This document shows, piece by piece, positions 1 through 10,249 of a stretch of DNA of 64,000 nucleotides. Source of the DNA: Chthoniobacteraceae bacterium (GTDB lineage: Bacteria; Verrucomicrobiota; Verrucomicrobiia; Chthoniobacterales; Chthoniobacteraceae); NCBI GenBank assembly GCA_037190965.1, contig JBBCKI010000029.1, forward strand, positions 96,001 to 160,000, written 5' to 3'. Position 1 is the first letter of the stretch. Each line of letters opens with the position of its first letter. The position numbers and the translations under genes are program-made. The notes under the pieces were generated by a model that saw only the letters and a program-made list of their open reading frames with translations, made no database searches and was not told the origin of the DNA.

Positions 1-27
1 GCCCATCTCCCGGCGAAATAGCCCAAG

Positions 28-306
28 TTGCTTACCACTCCGGACGAGCTGAGGAATTTCCACGCCGAAGAAATGGCGCAGATGGATTTGAGCACAGGCG
101 TCCTGGGTGAAACCGTTCCCGGGGATGTGGTGATTTTCCACTCTCTCGCCCCGCACCGCAGCGAGCTGAACCGCTCCAATCGTTCCCGCCGCCGGCTCTA
201 CCTGAGCTACAATGCGATGTCGGCAGGTGACGTTTATCAGTCACAGCAGGCGCATTATCGCGCCTATGCCTCGAGAAATACATCTAACGAGCTCTATTTC
301 CAGTAA
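28..306 (+). pseudogene. C-terminal fragment of a phytanoyl-CoA dioxygenase (PhyH)-family Fe/2OG oxygenase
   Basis: GDVVIFHSLAPHRSELNRSNRSRRRLYLSYN matches the PhyH C-terminal H...R motif. An in-frame TAG at 19-21 blocks extension upstream, so the HxD half is missing in this frame. Confidence 0.55.
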
Positions 307-388
307 ACGGAATCGTCGCCATTATACGATTTTGCAACGCTATCCTTCGGTGCGGCAGTCTTTCCCTTGCTTTCCGATTCAATAGGCA

Positions 389-2293
389 ATGGCCAAGAAG
401 AAGCGGACGATCAGGGACATTCCTGAAGCGGGTTTAGAGAGCACGGGCATCGAGGACCTTATCGGGGAACTCACTGCCATCCGGTCGGATATCATCGCCG
501 AAGCGGCCAGGCAGCAACGACGACTCGATGACGTTCATACCAACTACCGGGACAGCGCCAGGAACCTTTTGCATTATCTTGCGCTTCGTCGTCGCGATCT
601 TCGGCCGTTGCAACTCCGATTGGCCGCGCTTGGACTCTCATCCCTCGGGCGAGCCGAGTCGCACGTCCTGTCCACCGTCGATGCGGTTTTGGAAGTCCTT
701 CATCGTCTGGCGCAGCGACCATGGCAGCCTGTGTCGCCGGCCGAGGTTGTCGATTTTGCCACCGGAGAGCGGTTGCTGGCCCAACACACGCAAGCCCTTT
801 TCGGTGCCGCCCCCACAGGGCGCGGGGTTCGGATCATGGTGACCATGCCGGGCGAGGCGGCTGACAATTACACCTTCGTTCACGACCTCTTGCAGCAGGG
901 GATGGACTGCATGCGGATCAATTGCGCTTATGACGACGCCGCAACGTGGTTGCGGATGATCGAGAATCTGAGGAAGGCAGAGCAGACGTTGGGACAATCA
1001 TGCCGGGTTGTCATGGACCTGGCAGGGCCGAAATTGCGTACAGGGCCGATGGAGCCGGGCTCGGCGGTGGTTCGGATTCGCCCGCGCCGCGACGTCCATG
1101 GGCGGGTGACGTCGCCCGCTCGGGTTTGGTTGACCTCAAAGGCCGCTCCGTGTACGGCTCCCCTGTCAGCGGATGCTTGTCTCCCTGTTTCGGAGAAATG
1201 GCTGACTCGTCTCCATCCGGGGGATCGGGTGAAATTCATCGATGCTCGGGAATCCAGGCGAACCTTTGTAGTCGTTGAGGTGACCGCGGGCGGGTGCTGG
1301 GCTGAGATGGCCAAGACGGCTTACATCGTCCCCGGCACCATCCTGCGATCCGAACGAGGAGACGACACAGGGGACGATTGCGAAGGCCCAGTCGGAAACC
1401 TGCGATCCACCAGGAACGCCATAACCCTTCATCAAGGAGACAGACTCATCCTGACCCGGGACCTTAATCCGGGCCGTCCCGCGATTCGCGACGCCGCAGG
1501 GCGCTTGCTTGCGGATGCCGTGATTGGATGTACGATTCCCGAGGTCTTCGATGACGTCCATCCGGGAGAGCCGATTTGGTTCGACGGCGGCAGGATCGGC
1601 GGAGTCGTCGAGAAGGTGGAAAGCACACGTGTTCTCGTGCGGATCATCCACACGCGCTTGCGCGGTGAGAAGTTGCGAGGAGGAAAGGGAATAAACCTTC
1701 CTGAAAGCGACCTCCGGCTGGCGGCCTTGACCGCGAAGGATCTCGACGATCTGTCTTTCGTGGCCAAGCACGCCGACGTGGTTGAATTGTCTTTTGCCAA
1801 CAGGGCCGAAGACATGGAGTTACTCCAGAAGCACCTGGCGCGGCAGGGCAATCGCCAGCCTGCCATCGTTCTGAAAATCGAAACGCGGCGTGGCTTTGAG
1901 AACTTGCCCGGCTTGTTGCTGACGACCATGCGAGCACCCTCTTGCGGCGTCATGATCGCCCGAGGCGACCTGGCCGTCGAATGCGGTTTTGAGCGCCTCG
2001 CGGAAGTCCAAGAGGAGATTCTTTGGATCTGTGAAGCTGCCCACGTCCCCGTAATCTGGGCGACGCAAGTCCTGGAAACCCTCGCCAAGGAGGGAATGCC
2101 GTCTCGCGCCGAAATCACGGACGCAGCGATGGGGGATAGAGCCGAGTGCGTCATGCTCAACAAGGGGCCTCATGTGTTGAACGCCGTTCGGGCTCTGGAT
2201 GATATTTTGAGGCGGATGCAGGCACACCAAACCAAGAAGCGGGCCATGCTCCGGAAGTTGCGGTTGGCTCGCGCGCTGCCGACCGACCATTAA
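389..2293 (+). CDS. pyk: Pyruvate kinase-family protein (long atypical type, no C-terminal domain)
   Basis: Motifs MRINCA, MDLAGPKLRTG, KGINLP, KIET, GVMIARGDLAVE, ATQVLE, PSRAEITD, CVML. Confidence 0.85.
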   Translation: MAKKKRTIRDIPEAGLESTGIEDLIGELTAIRSDIIAEAARQQRRLDDVHTNYRDSARNLLHYLALRRRDLRPLQLRLAALGLSSLGRAESHVLSTVDAVLEVLHRLAQRPWQPVSPAEVVDFATGERLLAQHTQALFGAAPTGRGVRIMVTMPGEAADNYTFVHDLLQQGMDCMRINCAYDDAATWLRMIENLRKAEQTLGQSCRVVMDLAGPKLRTGPMEPGSAVVRIRPRRDVHGRVTSPARVWLTSKAAPCTAPLSADACLPVSEKWLTRLHPGDRVKFIDARESRRTFVVVEVTAGGCWAEMAKTAYIVPGTILRSERGDDTGDDCEGPVGNLRSTRNAITLHQGDRLILTRDLNPGRPAIRDAAGRLLADAVIGCTIPEVFDDVHPGEPIWFDGGRIGGVVEKVESTRVLVRIIHTRLRGEKLRGGKGINLPESDLRLAALTAKDLDDLSFVAKHADVVELSFANRAEDMELLQKHLARQGNRQPAIVLKIETRRGFENLPGLLLTTMRAPSCGVMIARGDLAVECGFERLAEVQEEILWICEAAHVPVIWATQVLETLAKEGMPSRAEITDAAMGDRAECVMLNKGPHVLNAVRALDDILRRMQAHQTKKRAMLRKLRLARALPTDH

Positions 2294-2400
2294 GGCGTTC
2301 CTGATTGAAGAGCCTTCGCTATAAATTCTTCCGCGCCAATACGCTCGATTTCTCATCGTTTCTCCGATGTTCTTGGTGAGCGAGTTCCATCGAACGCTTT

Positions 2401-2859
2401 ATGAATTCACAGCTAAACTACCACCCGGCGAACCCTGACGATCTCGAACTGATCCTCTCGCTGATGCAGGAGTTCTACGCCGAAGATCAAATCGCGTTCG
2501 ACATCGGGCGCGCCCGCCGCTCGGTGGCTGAACTGCTCGCACGGCCCGAGCTGGGCTCCATTTTACTGCTGAGCGAGCAGGGAACCCCTGACGGCCACGG
2601 CATTCTCGTTTTGATTCTGAGTTTCACCTTGGAGCATGGAGGGCTCTTTGTGCTGCTCGATGAGCTTTACCTGCAACCTTCCCTGCGGGGAAGAGGGCTT
2701 GGAAAGAAGGCGATCCAGCTGGCTCGCCGCTGGGCTGTCGATAAAGGAGCGCACGCAATGCGGTTGGAGGTGCATCATCACAACCCTGAAGCCAAGGCGC
2801 TCTATGGCAAACACGGGTTTGAGGATGACCACCGGGATGTCCTGACGCTCTGGCTCTAA
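2401..2859 (+). CDS. GNAT-family N-acetyltransferase
   Basis: LDELYLQPSLRGRGLGK (motif A) and NPEAKALYGKHGF. Confidence 0.9.
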   Translation: MNSQLNYHPANPDDLELILSLMQEFYAEDQIAFDIGRARRSVAELLARPELGSILLLSEQGTPDGHGILVLILSFTLEHGGLFVLLDELYLQPSLRGRGLGKKAIQLARRWAVDKGAHAMRLEVHHHNPEAKALYGKHGFEDDHRDVLTLWL

Positions 2860-2894
2860 GTAATCGGGGGCTATTCTGTATTCCTCGGCATGAG

Positions 2895-3809
2895 CTACTT
2901 CACCGGCTCGATTCCTTTCAGCGTCGAGAAGCTGATGCGCCGCATCGTGTCGAGGAACTCCAGCATGTAGACCGATGAAGCTTTCTCCGAGGTCGTCGCG
3001 GCGTACAGATTGGCAAAAAGACCGGATTTCCGGATGGGCCGCGAGGCGACATAGTCTTTTTCGAGATAAGGTTGAACCGCCCACCCTGGCATCGCCGCAA
3101 TCGCCCGATTGCTGGCAACGAGTTGCAGGATGGCCACGGTCAATTCAGTCTTCCGCCGCGGAGGTTCGATGTTGGCAGGCAGAAGCACTTCGCGGATGAC
3201 ATCGATCCGATCATCCGGGATCGGATAGGTCACCAGGGTTTCCTTCGCAAAGTCCTTGGCCGTGAGGTAGGCCTTCTTGGTGTAGGGGTGATTCCGCGCC
3301 AGCAGGGCGAGGACTTCATAGCGGAACAGGGGGTGAAAAGTGACTCCCGGCCGCGATTTTGCCTGGGAGACGATCACCAGATCGGCGGTATCTTGCGCCA
3401 GCAAGCCGACGGGATCGGGCTGAAAGCCTGAAACGAGGTCCATCTCGACTTCCGGCCAGCCTTGGCGGAAGGCGTCCATGCTCGGCATCAGCCAATCGAA
3501 ACAGGAATGGCACTCCACGGCGATACGGAGTTGTCCGGCCTTGCCGTCGGCGATTCTCGCGACATCGCGTTCGCATTGCATGACCAGCTTCTCGACATCG
3601 TAAGCGGTTCCGAGCAATCGTTCTCCCGCCGGGCTGAGCCGCAGCGGGTTGCTCTTGCGCTGGAACAGCTCCACGGCGAGATGATCCTCCAACGCCTTCA
3701 TCTGGTGGGAAAGCGCCGGTTGCGAAAGATTCAGGCGTTTTCCCGCCTTCGAGAGATTCCCGGTTTCGGCAATGGCGACAAAGGCGCGCAGGTGACGCAG
3801 TTCGAGCAT
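2895..3809 (-). CDS. metR: LysR-family regulator MetR
   Basis: LysR HTH (LNLSQPALSHQMKALE) plus the MetR signature IAVECHSCFDWLMP. Divergent from metE. Start placed at MLELRHL (3809) rather than 3848. Confidence 0.92.
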   Translation of the reverse strand: MLELRHLRAFVAIAETGNLSKAGKRLNLSQPALSHQMKALEDHLAVELFQRKSNPLRLSPAGERLLGTAYDVEKLVMQCERDVARIADGKAGQLRIAVECHSCFDWLMPSMDAFRQGWPEVEMDLVSGFQPDPVGLLAQDTADLVIVSQAKSRPGVTFHPLFRYEVLALLARNHPYTKKAYLTAKDFAKETLVTYPIPDDRIDVIREVLLPANIEPPRRKTELTVAILQLVASNRAIAAMPGWAVQPYLEKDYVASRPIRKSGLFANLYAATTSEKASSVYMLEFLDTMRRISFSTLKGIEPVK

Positions 3810-3818
3810 GGAGAAAAA

Positions 3819-3845
3819 ATGATCATTCGTATTCCGAATGACCAT
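3819..3845. promoter_or_regulatory. Inverted repeat in the metR-metE gap, candidate MetR site
   Basis: ATGATCATTCG-TATTC-CGAATGACCAT: 11-bp arms with one mismatch, between divergent metR and metE. Confidence 0.5.
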
Positions 3846-3899
3846 CATAAAAACAATGAGTTACCTGGATGAACGGCGAGGCTGATAGCCTGACAGGAC

Positions 3900-6239
3900 A
3901 TGAGCAAGATCCGCACGCACATCCTGGGCTATCCTCGTATTGGGGAGCAACGCGAACTGAAGAAGGCCACCGAGCTTTATTGGAAGGGCGAAATTCCGCG
4001 CCTCGAGCTGGAATCCGTCGGCCGGGAACTCCGCAAGCGGAACTGGCAGAAACAAGCCGCCGCCGGCATCGATCTCATCCCCTGCAACGACTTTTCGTTC
4101 TATGATCAGGTCCTCGATGCCGCCTGTCTCTTCGGCAACGTGCCGGCCCGTTTTTCGTGGGATGGCTCGAATGTCGGCCTCGACACTTTATTCGCCATCG
4201 CGCGCGGCGCGCGGGATACAAAGGACGATTCCTGCTGCGGCGGGACCTGCGGCAGCGCGGGATTTGCCAGCGAAATGACCAAGTGGTTCGACACGAACTA
4301 CCACTACATCGTCCCCGAATTCAAAGCCGACACCCAGTTCAAACTCTCTGCGACGAAGATCTTCGACGAACTTCGTGAAGCAAAGTCGCTTGGGCTGAAT
4401 GCCAAGCCGGTATTGGTGGGGCCGGTGACGTACCTCACTCTCGGCAAGGTTCAGGATTCCGGAAATCCCGACTTCGACCGTTTCGATCTTCTAGACCGCC
4501 TGCTGCCGGTTTACGAGGAGGTGCTTGCCAAGCTGGCCGCCGAAGGCGTGGAATGGATCCAGCTCGACGAACCGGTGTTCGCCCTAGACCTCAATGATCG
4601 CCAGAGAGCGTGCTTTGCCGCTGCCTATGACCGTCTTGCCAAGGCGGCGGGCTCCGCCAAACTGCTGGTCGCGTCGTACTTCGGCGAGCTTCGCGACAAC
4701 CTCCCGCTGTTCCTCGGTCTACCGGTGGCTGGCCTGCACTACGACGTCGTGCGCGGCGAGGCAGAAGTTAACGCCTTGCTCGACCAAATCCCCGCTGGGA
4801 AAATCTTGTCGTTGGGCATCGTCGATGGCCGCAACATCTGGAAAAACGATTTCGAAGCGTCGCTTGCCATTCTCGAAAAGGCCAAGGCAAAGCTTGGCGA
4901 AGAGCGGCTCTGGGTCTCCGCTTCCTCTTCGCTCCTGCATTCCCCGGTGACGCTGGCCAACGAGAAGAAGCTCGACGCGGAGATCAAGGACTGGCTTGCG
5001 TTTGCCGACGAAAAGCTCACCGAGATCGTTACACTCGCCGGGCTCCTCTGCGGCCCTGGCGACACCGCCGCGCTCGAAGCGAACCGCGCCAGCCAGCAGC
5101 GTCGGCGCGAAAGCCCGCGCATTCACAATCCCGTCGTGAAAGCCCGCCTCGCCGCCGTGACGGCCGCCGACAGCCAACGCGTCTCCAGTTTTTCCAGACG
5201 CCAGCAGCTCCAGCATGAAAAGCTCGGATTGCCGCTTTTCCCAACCACCACCATCGGCTCGTTTCCTCAAACCGCCGAGGTGCGTGCCGCACGCGCGAAG
5301 TGGAAGAAAGGCGCGCTGACCGACCAGGAGTACGATTCCTTCCTCAAGGAGGAGACCCGCAAGTGCGTGGCTTGGCAGGAGGAGATCGGTATCGACATGC
5401 CGGTTCACGGCGAATTCGAGCGCAACGACATGGTCGAATACTTCGGCGAGCAACTCGATGGTTTTACTTTCACCGCGAACGGCTGGGTGCAGAGCTACGG
5501 CAGCCGTTGCGTGAAGCCGCCGGTCATTTTCGGCGACGTGAGCCGCCCACGGCCGATGACGACCTATTGGTCCGAGTTTGCCCAATCGCTCACCAATCGT
5601 CCGATGAAGGGGATGCTCACAGGCCCGGTCACGATTCTCCAGTGGTCTTTTGTCAGAAACGATCAACCGCGTGAAACGACGACCCGCCAGATTGCGCTCG
5701 CCATCCGCGACGAAGTCGTGGACCTCGAAAAGTCGGGCATTGCCGCGATTCAGATCGACGAACCGGCGATCCGCGAGGGCTTGCCGCTACGCCGAGCCGA
5801 TTGGGACGCCTATCTTGCCTGGGCGGTCGAATCCTTCCGCCTCAGCGCCAGCGGGGTAAAGGATGACACGCAGATTCACACGCATATGTGCTACTCGGAG
5901 TTCAATGACATCATCGGCGCCATCGCCGATATGGATGCCGACGTGATCACTATTGAGACCTCCCGCTCCAATATGGAGCTTCTGGAAGCCTTCGTGGAGT
6001 TCAAGTATCCGAACGAGATCGGGCCTGGCGTGTATGACATCCATTCACCGCGCATCCCGACCGTCGAGCAGATGGAGACCCTGCTTCAAAAGGCCGGCAG
6101 CGTGATCCCGGAAGGGAATCTCTGGGTGAACCCGGACTGTGGCCTCAAGACCCGCGGCTGGGCGGAAGTGAAGCCCGCGCTCATTAACATGGTGAAAGCC
6201 GCTCGCAGGCTTCGTGCCGGCGCGGTAGCCACAATCTGA
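3900..6239 (+). CDS. metE: Cobalamin-independent methionine synthase
   Basis: [41 protein letters not shown]; Zn ligands THMCYSE and NPDCGLKTR. Confidence 0.98.
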   Translation: MSKIRTHILGYPRIGEQRELKKATELYWKGEIPRLELESVGRELRKRNWQKQAAAGIDLIPCNDFSFYDQVLDAACLFGNVPARFSWDGSNVGLDTLFAIARGARDTKDDSCCGGTCGSAGFASEMTKWFDTNYHYIVPEFKADTQFKLSATKIFDELREAKSLGLNAKPVLVGPVTYLTLGKVQDSGNPDFDRFDLLDRLLPVYEEVLAKLAAEGVEWIQLDEPVFALDLNDRQRACFAAAYDRLAKAAGSAKLLVASYFGELRDNLPLFLGLPVAGLHYDVVRGEAEVNALLDQIPAGKILSLGIVDGRNIWKNDFEASLAILEKAKAKLGEERLWVSASSSLLHSPVTLANEKKLDAEIKDWLAFADEKLTEIVTLAGLLCGPGDTAALEANRASQQRRRESPRIHNPVVKARLAAVTAADSQRVSSFSRRQQLQHEKLGLPLFPTTTIGSFPQTAEVRAARAKWKKGALTDQEYDSFLKEETRKCVAWQEEIGIDMPVHGEFERNDMVEYFGEQLDGFTFTANGWVQSYGSRCVKPPVIFGDVSRPRPMTTYWSEFAQSLTNRPMKGMLTGPVTILQWSFVRNDQPRETTTRQIALAIRDEVVDLEKSGIAAIQIDEPAIREGLPLRRADWDAYLAWAVESFRLSASGVKDDTQIHTHMCYSEFNDIIGAIADMDADVITIETSRSNMELLEAFVEFKYPNEIGPGVYDIHSPRIPTVEQMETLLQKAGSVIPEGNLWVNPDCGLKTRGWAEVKPALINMVKAARRLRAGAVATI

Positions 6240-7162
6240 TGTCTGGTGAAGGGGCGCAGAGCATGCACATCCGGCAAATTCTCGCAGGCGACGAATCGAA
6301 GTTTTCCTTCGAGTTTTTTCCGCCGAAATCTTCGGAAGCCGCGGAAACGTTGTTCCGCACGATCTCGGAGTTGCAGCTTTGCGCCCCTGCTTTCGTCAGC
6401 GTTACCTACGGTGCTGGGGGCAGCACTCGTGAGGCAACTCAAGAGCTGGTCTTTCGCCTCCAGAGGGAGACGAAGGTGAACACCATCCCGCATCTCACCT
6501 GCGTGGGGCATAGCGAACGGGAGATCTCCCTTCTTCTCGAACGCTATGCGGAGGCCGGGGTGTCGAACATTCTGGCGTTGCGGGGCGATCCGCCGAAACA
6601 TGCCTCCAATCCGTCCTTGGGTGGCTTCCCTTACGCGGCGGATCTCGTTGCCTTTATTCGTCGTTTTTCAGAGATGCACCGGCACGATTTTGGCATCGGC
6701 GTTGCAGGATTTCCGGAAGGTCATCCGGCCACGCCGAACCGGATGCGTGAGATGGATCATCTGAAGGCGAAGATCGATGCCGGGGCGGACTACATCTGCA
6801 CTCAGCTTTTCTTCGAGAATCGCGACTTTTACGACTTTAGCGAGCGTTGCGAACTCGCCGGGATCGACGTGCCCATCCTGGCGGGTATCATGCCTGTCAC
6901 CAGCCTCGGGGGACTCGACCGCATGGCCGATCTCGCAGCGGGAGCCCGCTTCCCGGCGAAGCTGCTCCGCTCCCTCGCACGCGCCAACGGCGACGATGCG
7001 GCGGTTCGCAGGATCGGCATTCACTACGCCACCGCCCAATGCGCTGATCTCCTTGATTACGGAGTGAAGGGGATCCATTTCTACACGCTTAACCAATCGT
7101 CCGCGACGGTTGAAATTTTCAAACAACTTGGGCTGCGGCATTCCGTCTCAGCCCTTCAATAA
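6239..7162 (+). CDS. metF: 5,10-methylenetetrahydrofolate reductase
   Basis: SFEFFPPK, SVTYGAGG, HLTC, ALRGDPP, FPEGHP, TQLFF, HFYTLN. TGATG overlap with metE; an alternative start lies 8 codons downstream (MHIRQ). Confidence 0.96.
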   Translation: MSGEGAQSMHIRQILAGDESKFSFEFFPPKSSEAAETLFRTISELQLCAPAFVSVTYGAGGSTREATQELVFRLQRETKVNTIPHLTCVGHSEREISLLLERYAEAGVSNILALRGDPPKHASNPSLGGFPYAADLVAFIRRFSEMHRHDFGIGVAGFPEGHPATPNRMREMDHLKAKIDAGADYICTQLFFENRDFYDFSERCELAGIDVPILAGIMPVTSLGGLDRMADLAAGARFPAKLLRSLARANGDDAAVRRIGIHYATAQCADLLDYGVKGIHFYTLNQSSATVEIFKQLGLRHSVSALQ

Positions 7163-7186
7163 CACGCTCCATCCACTCTCTATCCC

Positions 7187-8422
7187 ATGCATACCTTCAA
7201 TTGTGAAGATACCGAAGTTTTTGCCGCCATCCGTGACGAGGAGATCCGCCAGCGAAACCACGTTGAGCTGATCGCTTCGGAAAATCTCACCTCTCCCGCC
7301 GTGATGCGCGCGCAGGGATCGGTGCTGACCAACAAATATGCCGAAGGCTACCCTGGCCGCCGCTGGTACGGCGGCTGCGAACAGGTTGATGTCATCGAAC
7401 GACTGGCGTTGGACCGGGTAAAACAACTCTTCGGTGCCGATCACGCGAATGTACAGCCGCACTCGGGATCGCAGGCCAACGCGGCAGTTTATTTTTCCGT
7501 TCTCGATCCCGGCGACAAAATTTTCACGATGGACCTCGCCCATGGCGGCCATTTGACTCATGGTCACAAGGCGAACTTCTCGGGACGCTTTTACAAGGTG
7601 ACTCACTACGGAGTCAGCGCGGAAGACGAACGCATCAACTATGATGAGCTGGAAGCCACTGCGCGCATGCTGCGTCCCAAGCTCATTGCCGCCGGTGCTT
7701 CCGCTTATCCCCGGATCATCGACTTCGAACGACTAGGCAGGATCGCGAAAGAGGTGGGAGCTTACCTTTTCGTCGATATGGCCCACATTGCCGGGTTGGT
7801 TGCCGCCGGGGTGCATCCCAGCCCGGTTCCCCATGCGGATTTTGTCACGACGACCACGCATAAATCGCTTCGCGGGCCGCGCGGTGGCGTGGTCTTGTGC
7901 AGACAGGAATTCGCCAAGAAGATCGACGCCCAGGTCTTTCCCGGAGTTCAGGGTGGACCTTTGATGCATGTGATCGCGGCCAAGGCGGTGTGCTTCGGCG
8001 AGGCGCTGCAACCGGCGTTCAAGACCTATGCAGCGCAGGTGGTGAAGAATGCCCGCGCGCTTGCCGGTCGCCTTGCCTCGCACGGCTACCGCATCGTTTC
8101 GGGAGGCACCGACAACCATCTCCTGCTCGTGGACCTTCGCCCGAAGAACCTCAACGGAGCCGAGGCTTCCCTGGCGCTCGACGAAGCGGGGATCACTGTG
8201 AACAAGAACGGCATCCCCTTCGACACCGGCAGCCCGATGAAGCCCAGCGGCATTCGTGTCGGCACTCCTGCGGTCACCACCCGTGGCATGAAGGAGCCGG
8301 ACGTGGAAAGGGTGGCCGATCTCATCCATCGGGCCCTGAGCGTCAAGAGCGATCCCGCAGCCTTGGAGGCCATCCGCAACGAGGTCTTCGCCTTCAACAA
8401 GAGCTTTCCTTTGCCGGGCTAG
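7187..8422 (+). CDS. glyA: Serine hydroxymethyltransferase
   Basis: [38 protein letters not shown] lysine motif [14 protein letters not shown]. Confidence 0.98.
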   Translation: MHTFNCEDTEVFAAIRDEEIRQRNHVELIASENLTSPAVMRAQGSVLTNKYAEGYPGRRWYGGCEQVDVIERLALDRVKQLFGADHANVQPHSGSQANAAVYFSVLDPGDKIFTMDLAHGGHLTHGHKANFSGRFYKVTHYGVSAEDERINYDELEATARMLRPKLIAAGASAYPRIIDFERLGRIAKEVGAYLFVDMAHIAGLVAAGVHPSPVPHADFVTTTTHKSLRGPRGGVVLCRQEFAKKIDAQVFPGVQGGPLMHVIAAKAVCFGEALQPAFKTYAAQVVKNARALAGRLASHGYRIVSGGTDNHLLLVDLRPKNLNGAEASLALDEAGITVNKNGIPFDTGSPMKPSGIRVGTPAVTTRGMKEPDVERVADLIHRALSVKSDPAALEAIRNEVFAFNKSFPLPG

Positions 8423-8443
8423 CTGCGACTCGCCCCCATGCCA

Positions 8444-9253
8444 TTAACATGGGCGGCGCAGGGGCAGCCAGTCCAGGACGCCCTGGATCTCCTGATCCCA
8501 GAACGCCCATGTGTGGGCACCTGATTCCTCCCGGACATCCAAGGGGAGGCCGATTTCCCGGGCAAAGCCAACAAAACGAACGTTGTCGTCGTAAAGAAAA
8601 TCTTCGCGGCCGCAGACCGTGTAGAGCTTTGGAATTTCGGCGCCCTGACTTGCGTCGGTGACTCTCTGCCGTGCGAGGGTAAAAAGGTCGTCTTCTTCCG
8701 GAATGCAGCGCATTTCCGGCCCGAGCAGTCTTGGAATCTCACGCGCAGGCATGCCGTTGCCTTCCTTCGAGCGTTCCGTCCACGCCGGGAAGTCGAGTAC
8801 TCCCGAGAGGCTCGCCGCCGCCGCGAACTTTTCCGGACAACGCAGGGCCAGCTTAAAGGCTCCATAGCCGCCCATGCTCAAACCCGCTACAAACGTATCC
8901 TCTCGCCGCGAAGAAACGCGGAAGAACTGCTGCACTACGCTGGGTAATTCTTGGGAGACGAAATCCCAGTAGGCGCCCCCGCCGGGAAGATTCCGGTAGA
9001 AACTACGGTCCACTGCGGGCATCACGACCGCCAGTCCCAACGATGCCACGTAACGCTCGATGGAAGTGCGCCGCATCCAGGTGGTGTGATCGTCCGACAA
9101 GCCGTGGAGCAAATAAAGAACCGGCGCGCCTTCCCCTTCGCTGGCGTGCCCGGTCATTCCAATCTGCTGCTGGGTTTTCTGCGGCAGAATCACGTTGATT
9201 GACGTGTTGATGCCCAAGGTATCGGAAAAAAAACCGGTTTGAAGAAATGCCAT
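8444..9253 (-). CDS. Putative esterase (tributyrin esterase/FrmB-like alpha/beta hydrolase)
   Basis: LYLLHGLSDD, nucleophile GLSMGG, CGREDFL, GAHTWAFWD. AGGAGG precedes the ATG at 9253. Confidence 0.9.
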   Translation of the reverse strand: MAFLQTGFFSDTLGINTSINVILPQKTQQQIGMTGHASEGEGAPVLYLLHGLSDDHTTWMRRTSIERYVASLGLAVVMPAVDRSFYRNLPGGGAYWDFVSQELPSVVQQFFRVSSRREDTFVAGLSMGGYGAFKLALRCPEKFAAAASLSGVLDFPAWTERSKEGNGMPAREIPRLLGPEMRCIPEEDDLFTLARQRVTDASQGAEIPKLYTVCGREDFLYDDNVRFVGFAREIGLPLDVREESGAHTWAFWDQEIQGVLDWLPLRRPC

Positions 9254-9304
9254 GGCCCCTCCTATCATGAAGGCCGAAGTTGAAACGAGCGGGATTTCCG
9301 CTTT

Positions 9305-10150
9305 TTATTGCGGCTGACCGTCAGAGGAGGGAGGCGTCCAACTTTTACTCGGAACGGCGTAGATATCCCGGGGATCTTTTATCTGCCACTTTACGATGCG
9401 GGCATGAACCCGCTCCACATGAGGGATCGCGGCAAGTTCATCCGCGCAACCGCTCCAGGCCCATTCGATCTCGACAGAGACGGGGAGGGGAAGGGTCCAC
9501 GCCGGACAAAGCGTCGCCTTTCCCAAGGCCTTGGCTACATCCCGGCTGATGGAATCGCGAACCTCTCCGGCCGGATAGAGATCGCAAGTACTCCAACCCG
9601 TACCCCGTTTTGTGGCCGTCGTCGTCATCCAAGGGAAATAGTTTTGCGCCTCTTCGCACAAGGCCTCATCGCCCGAAGCATAAACGACGGGCACTCCGTA
9701 GTAGCCCGCATAGAGCGCAGCCTGGCTAAGTTCACCGTGTTCCTGCCCGTTGAGCATAAAGCGGCATATCGTCTTTGGATCCTGTGTATGATCGAGAAAG
9801 CCGTTGAGGGTTCCCGCCATGGAGTGTTGCCCGATCAGGAGTACCGCTCCTACTTCGGGCCCAAATTCTGGCAATCGCAGAGGGCTTGCCGGCTCGATAA
9901 AGCACATCGTTGCCGGGGAAAGCAGATCCTCCGGCGATAATCCCTTTTGCCGATTGCGACCGTGCCCATCGATTACGCGTACTTCCGAAGCTCCTGCCTT
10001 TACACAACCGAGAATCGCTGCGTTGACGTCGGCTGCCAGTTGTTTGAGTCCGTGGCGATAGCCTTGATCATCGTCATCGGGGTGATAACACTGGTCCCAA
10101 TGGTCGACCCCGCTCAGTCCTTCCATATCGGTAATGATATAGACAATCAT
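9305..10150 (-). CDS. M55-family D-aminopeptidase (DppA-like)
   Basis: ITDMEGLSGV, DGHG, IGQHSMAG, LDHT, GE, SGD: the di-zinc ligand set looks intact. Confidence 0.9.
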   Translation of the reverse strand: MIVYIITDMEGLSGVDHWDQCYHPDDDDQGYRHGLKQLAADVNAAILGCVKAGASEVRVIDGHGRNRQKGLSPEDLLSPATMCFIEPASPLRLPEFGPEVGAVLLIGQHSMAGTLNGFLDHTQDPKTICRFMLNGQEHGELSQAALYAGYYGVPVVYASGDEALCEEAQNYFPWMTTTATKRGTGWSTCDLYPAGEVRDSISRDVAKALGKATLCPAWTLPLPVSVEIEWAWSGCADELAAIPHVERVHARIVKWQIKDPRDIYAVPSKSWTPPSSDGQPQ

Positions 10151-10249
10151 TGGGGCTTCTATAGTGAGTTTGAATTCAGTTTCATTTCGCCATTGATTTC
10201 GCGTCGGCTGTTTGAAAGGTCGAGAGGGCTACCGATAGCTGACTGTTGC

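Noticed and set aside
3810..3899. SAM or cobalamin riboswitch upstream of metE
   Set aside because: The gap is only 90 bp, lacks the conserved riboswitch cores and is explained by divergent MetR control.
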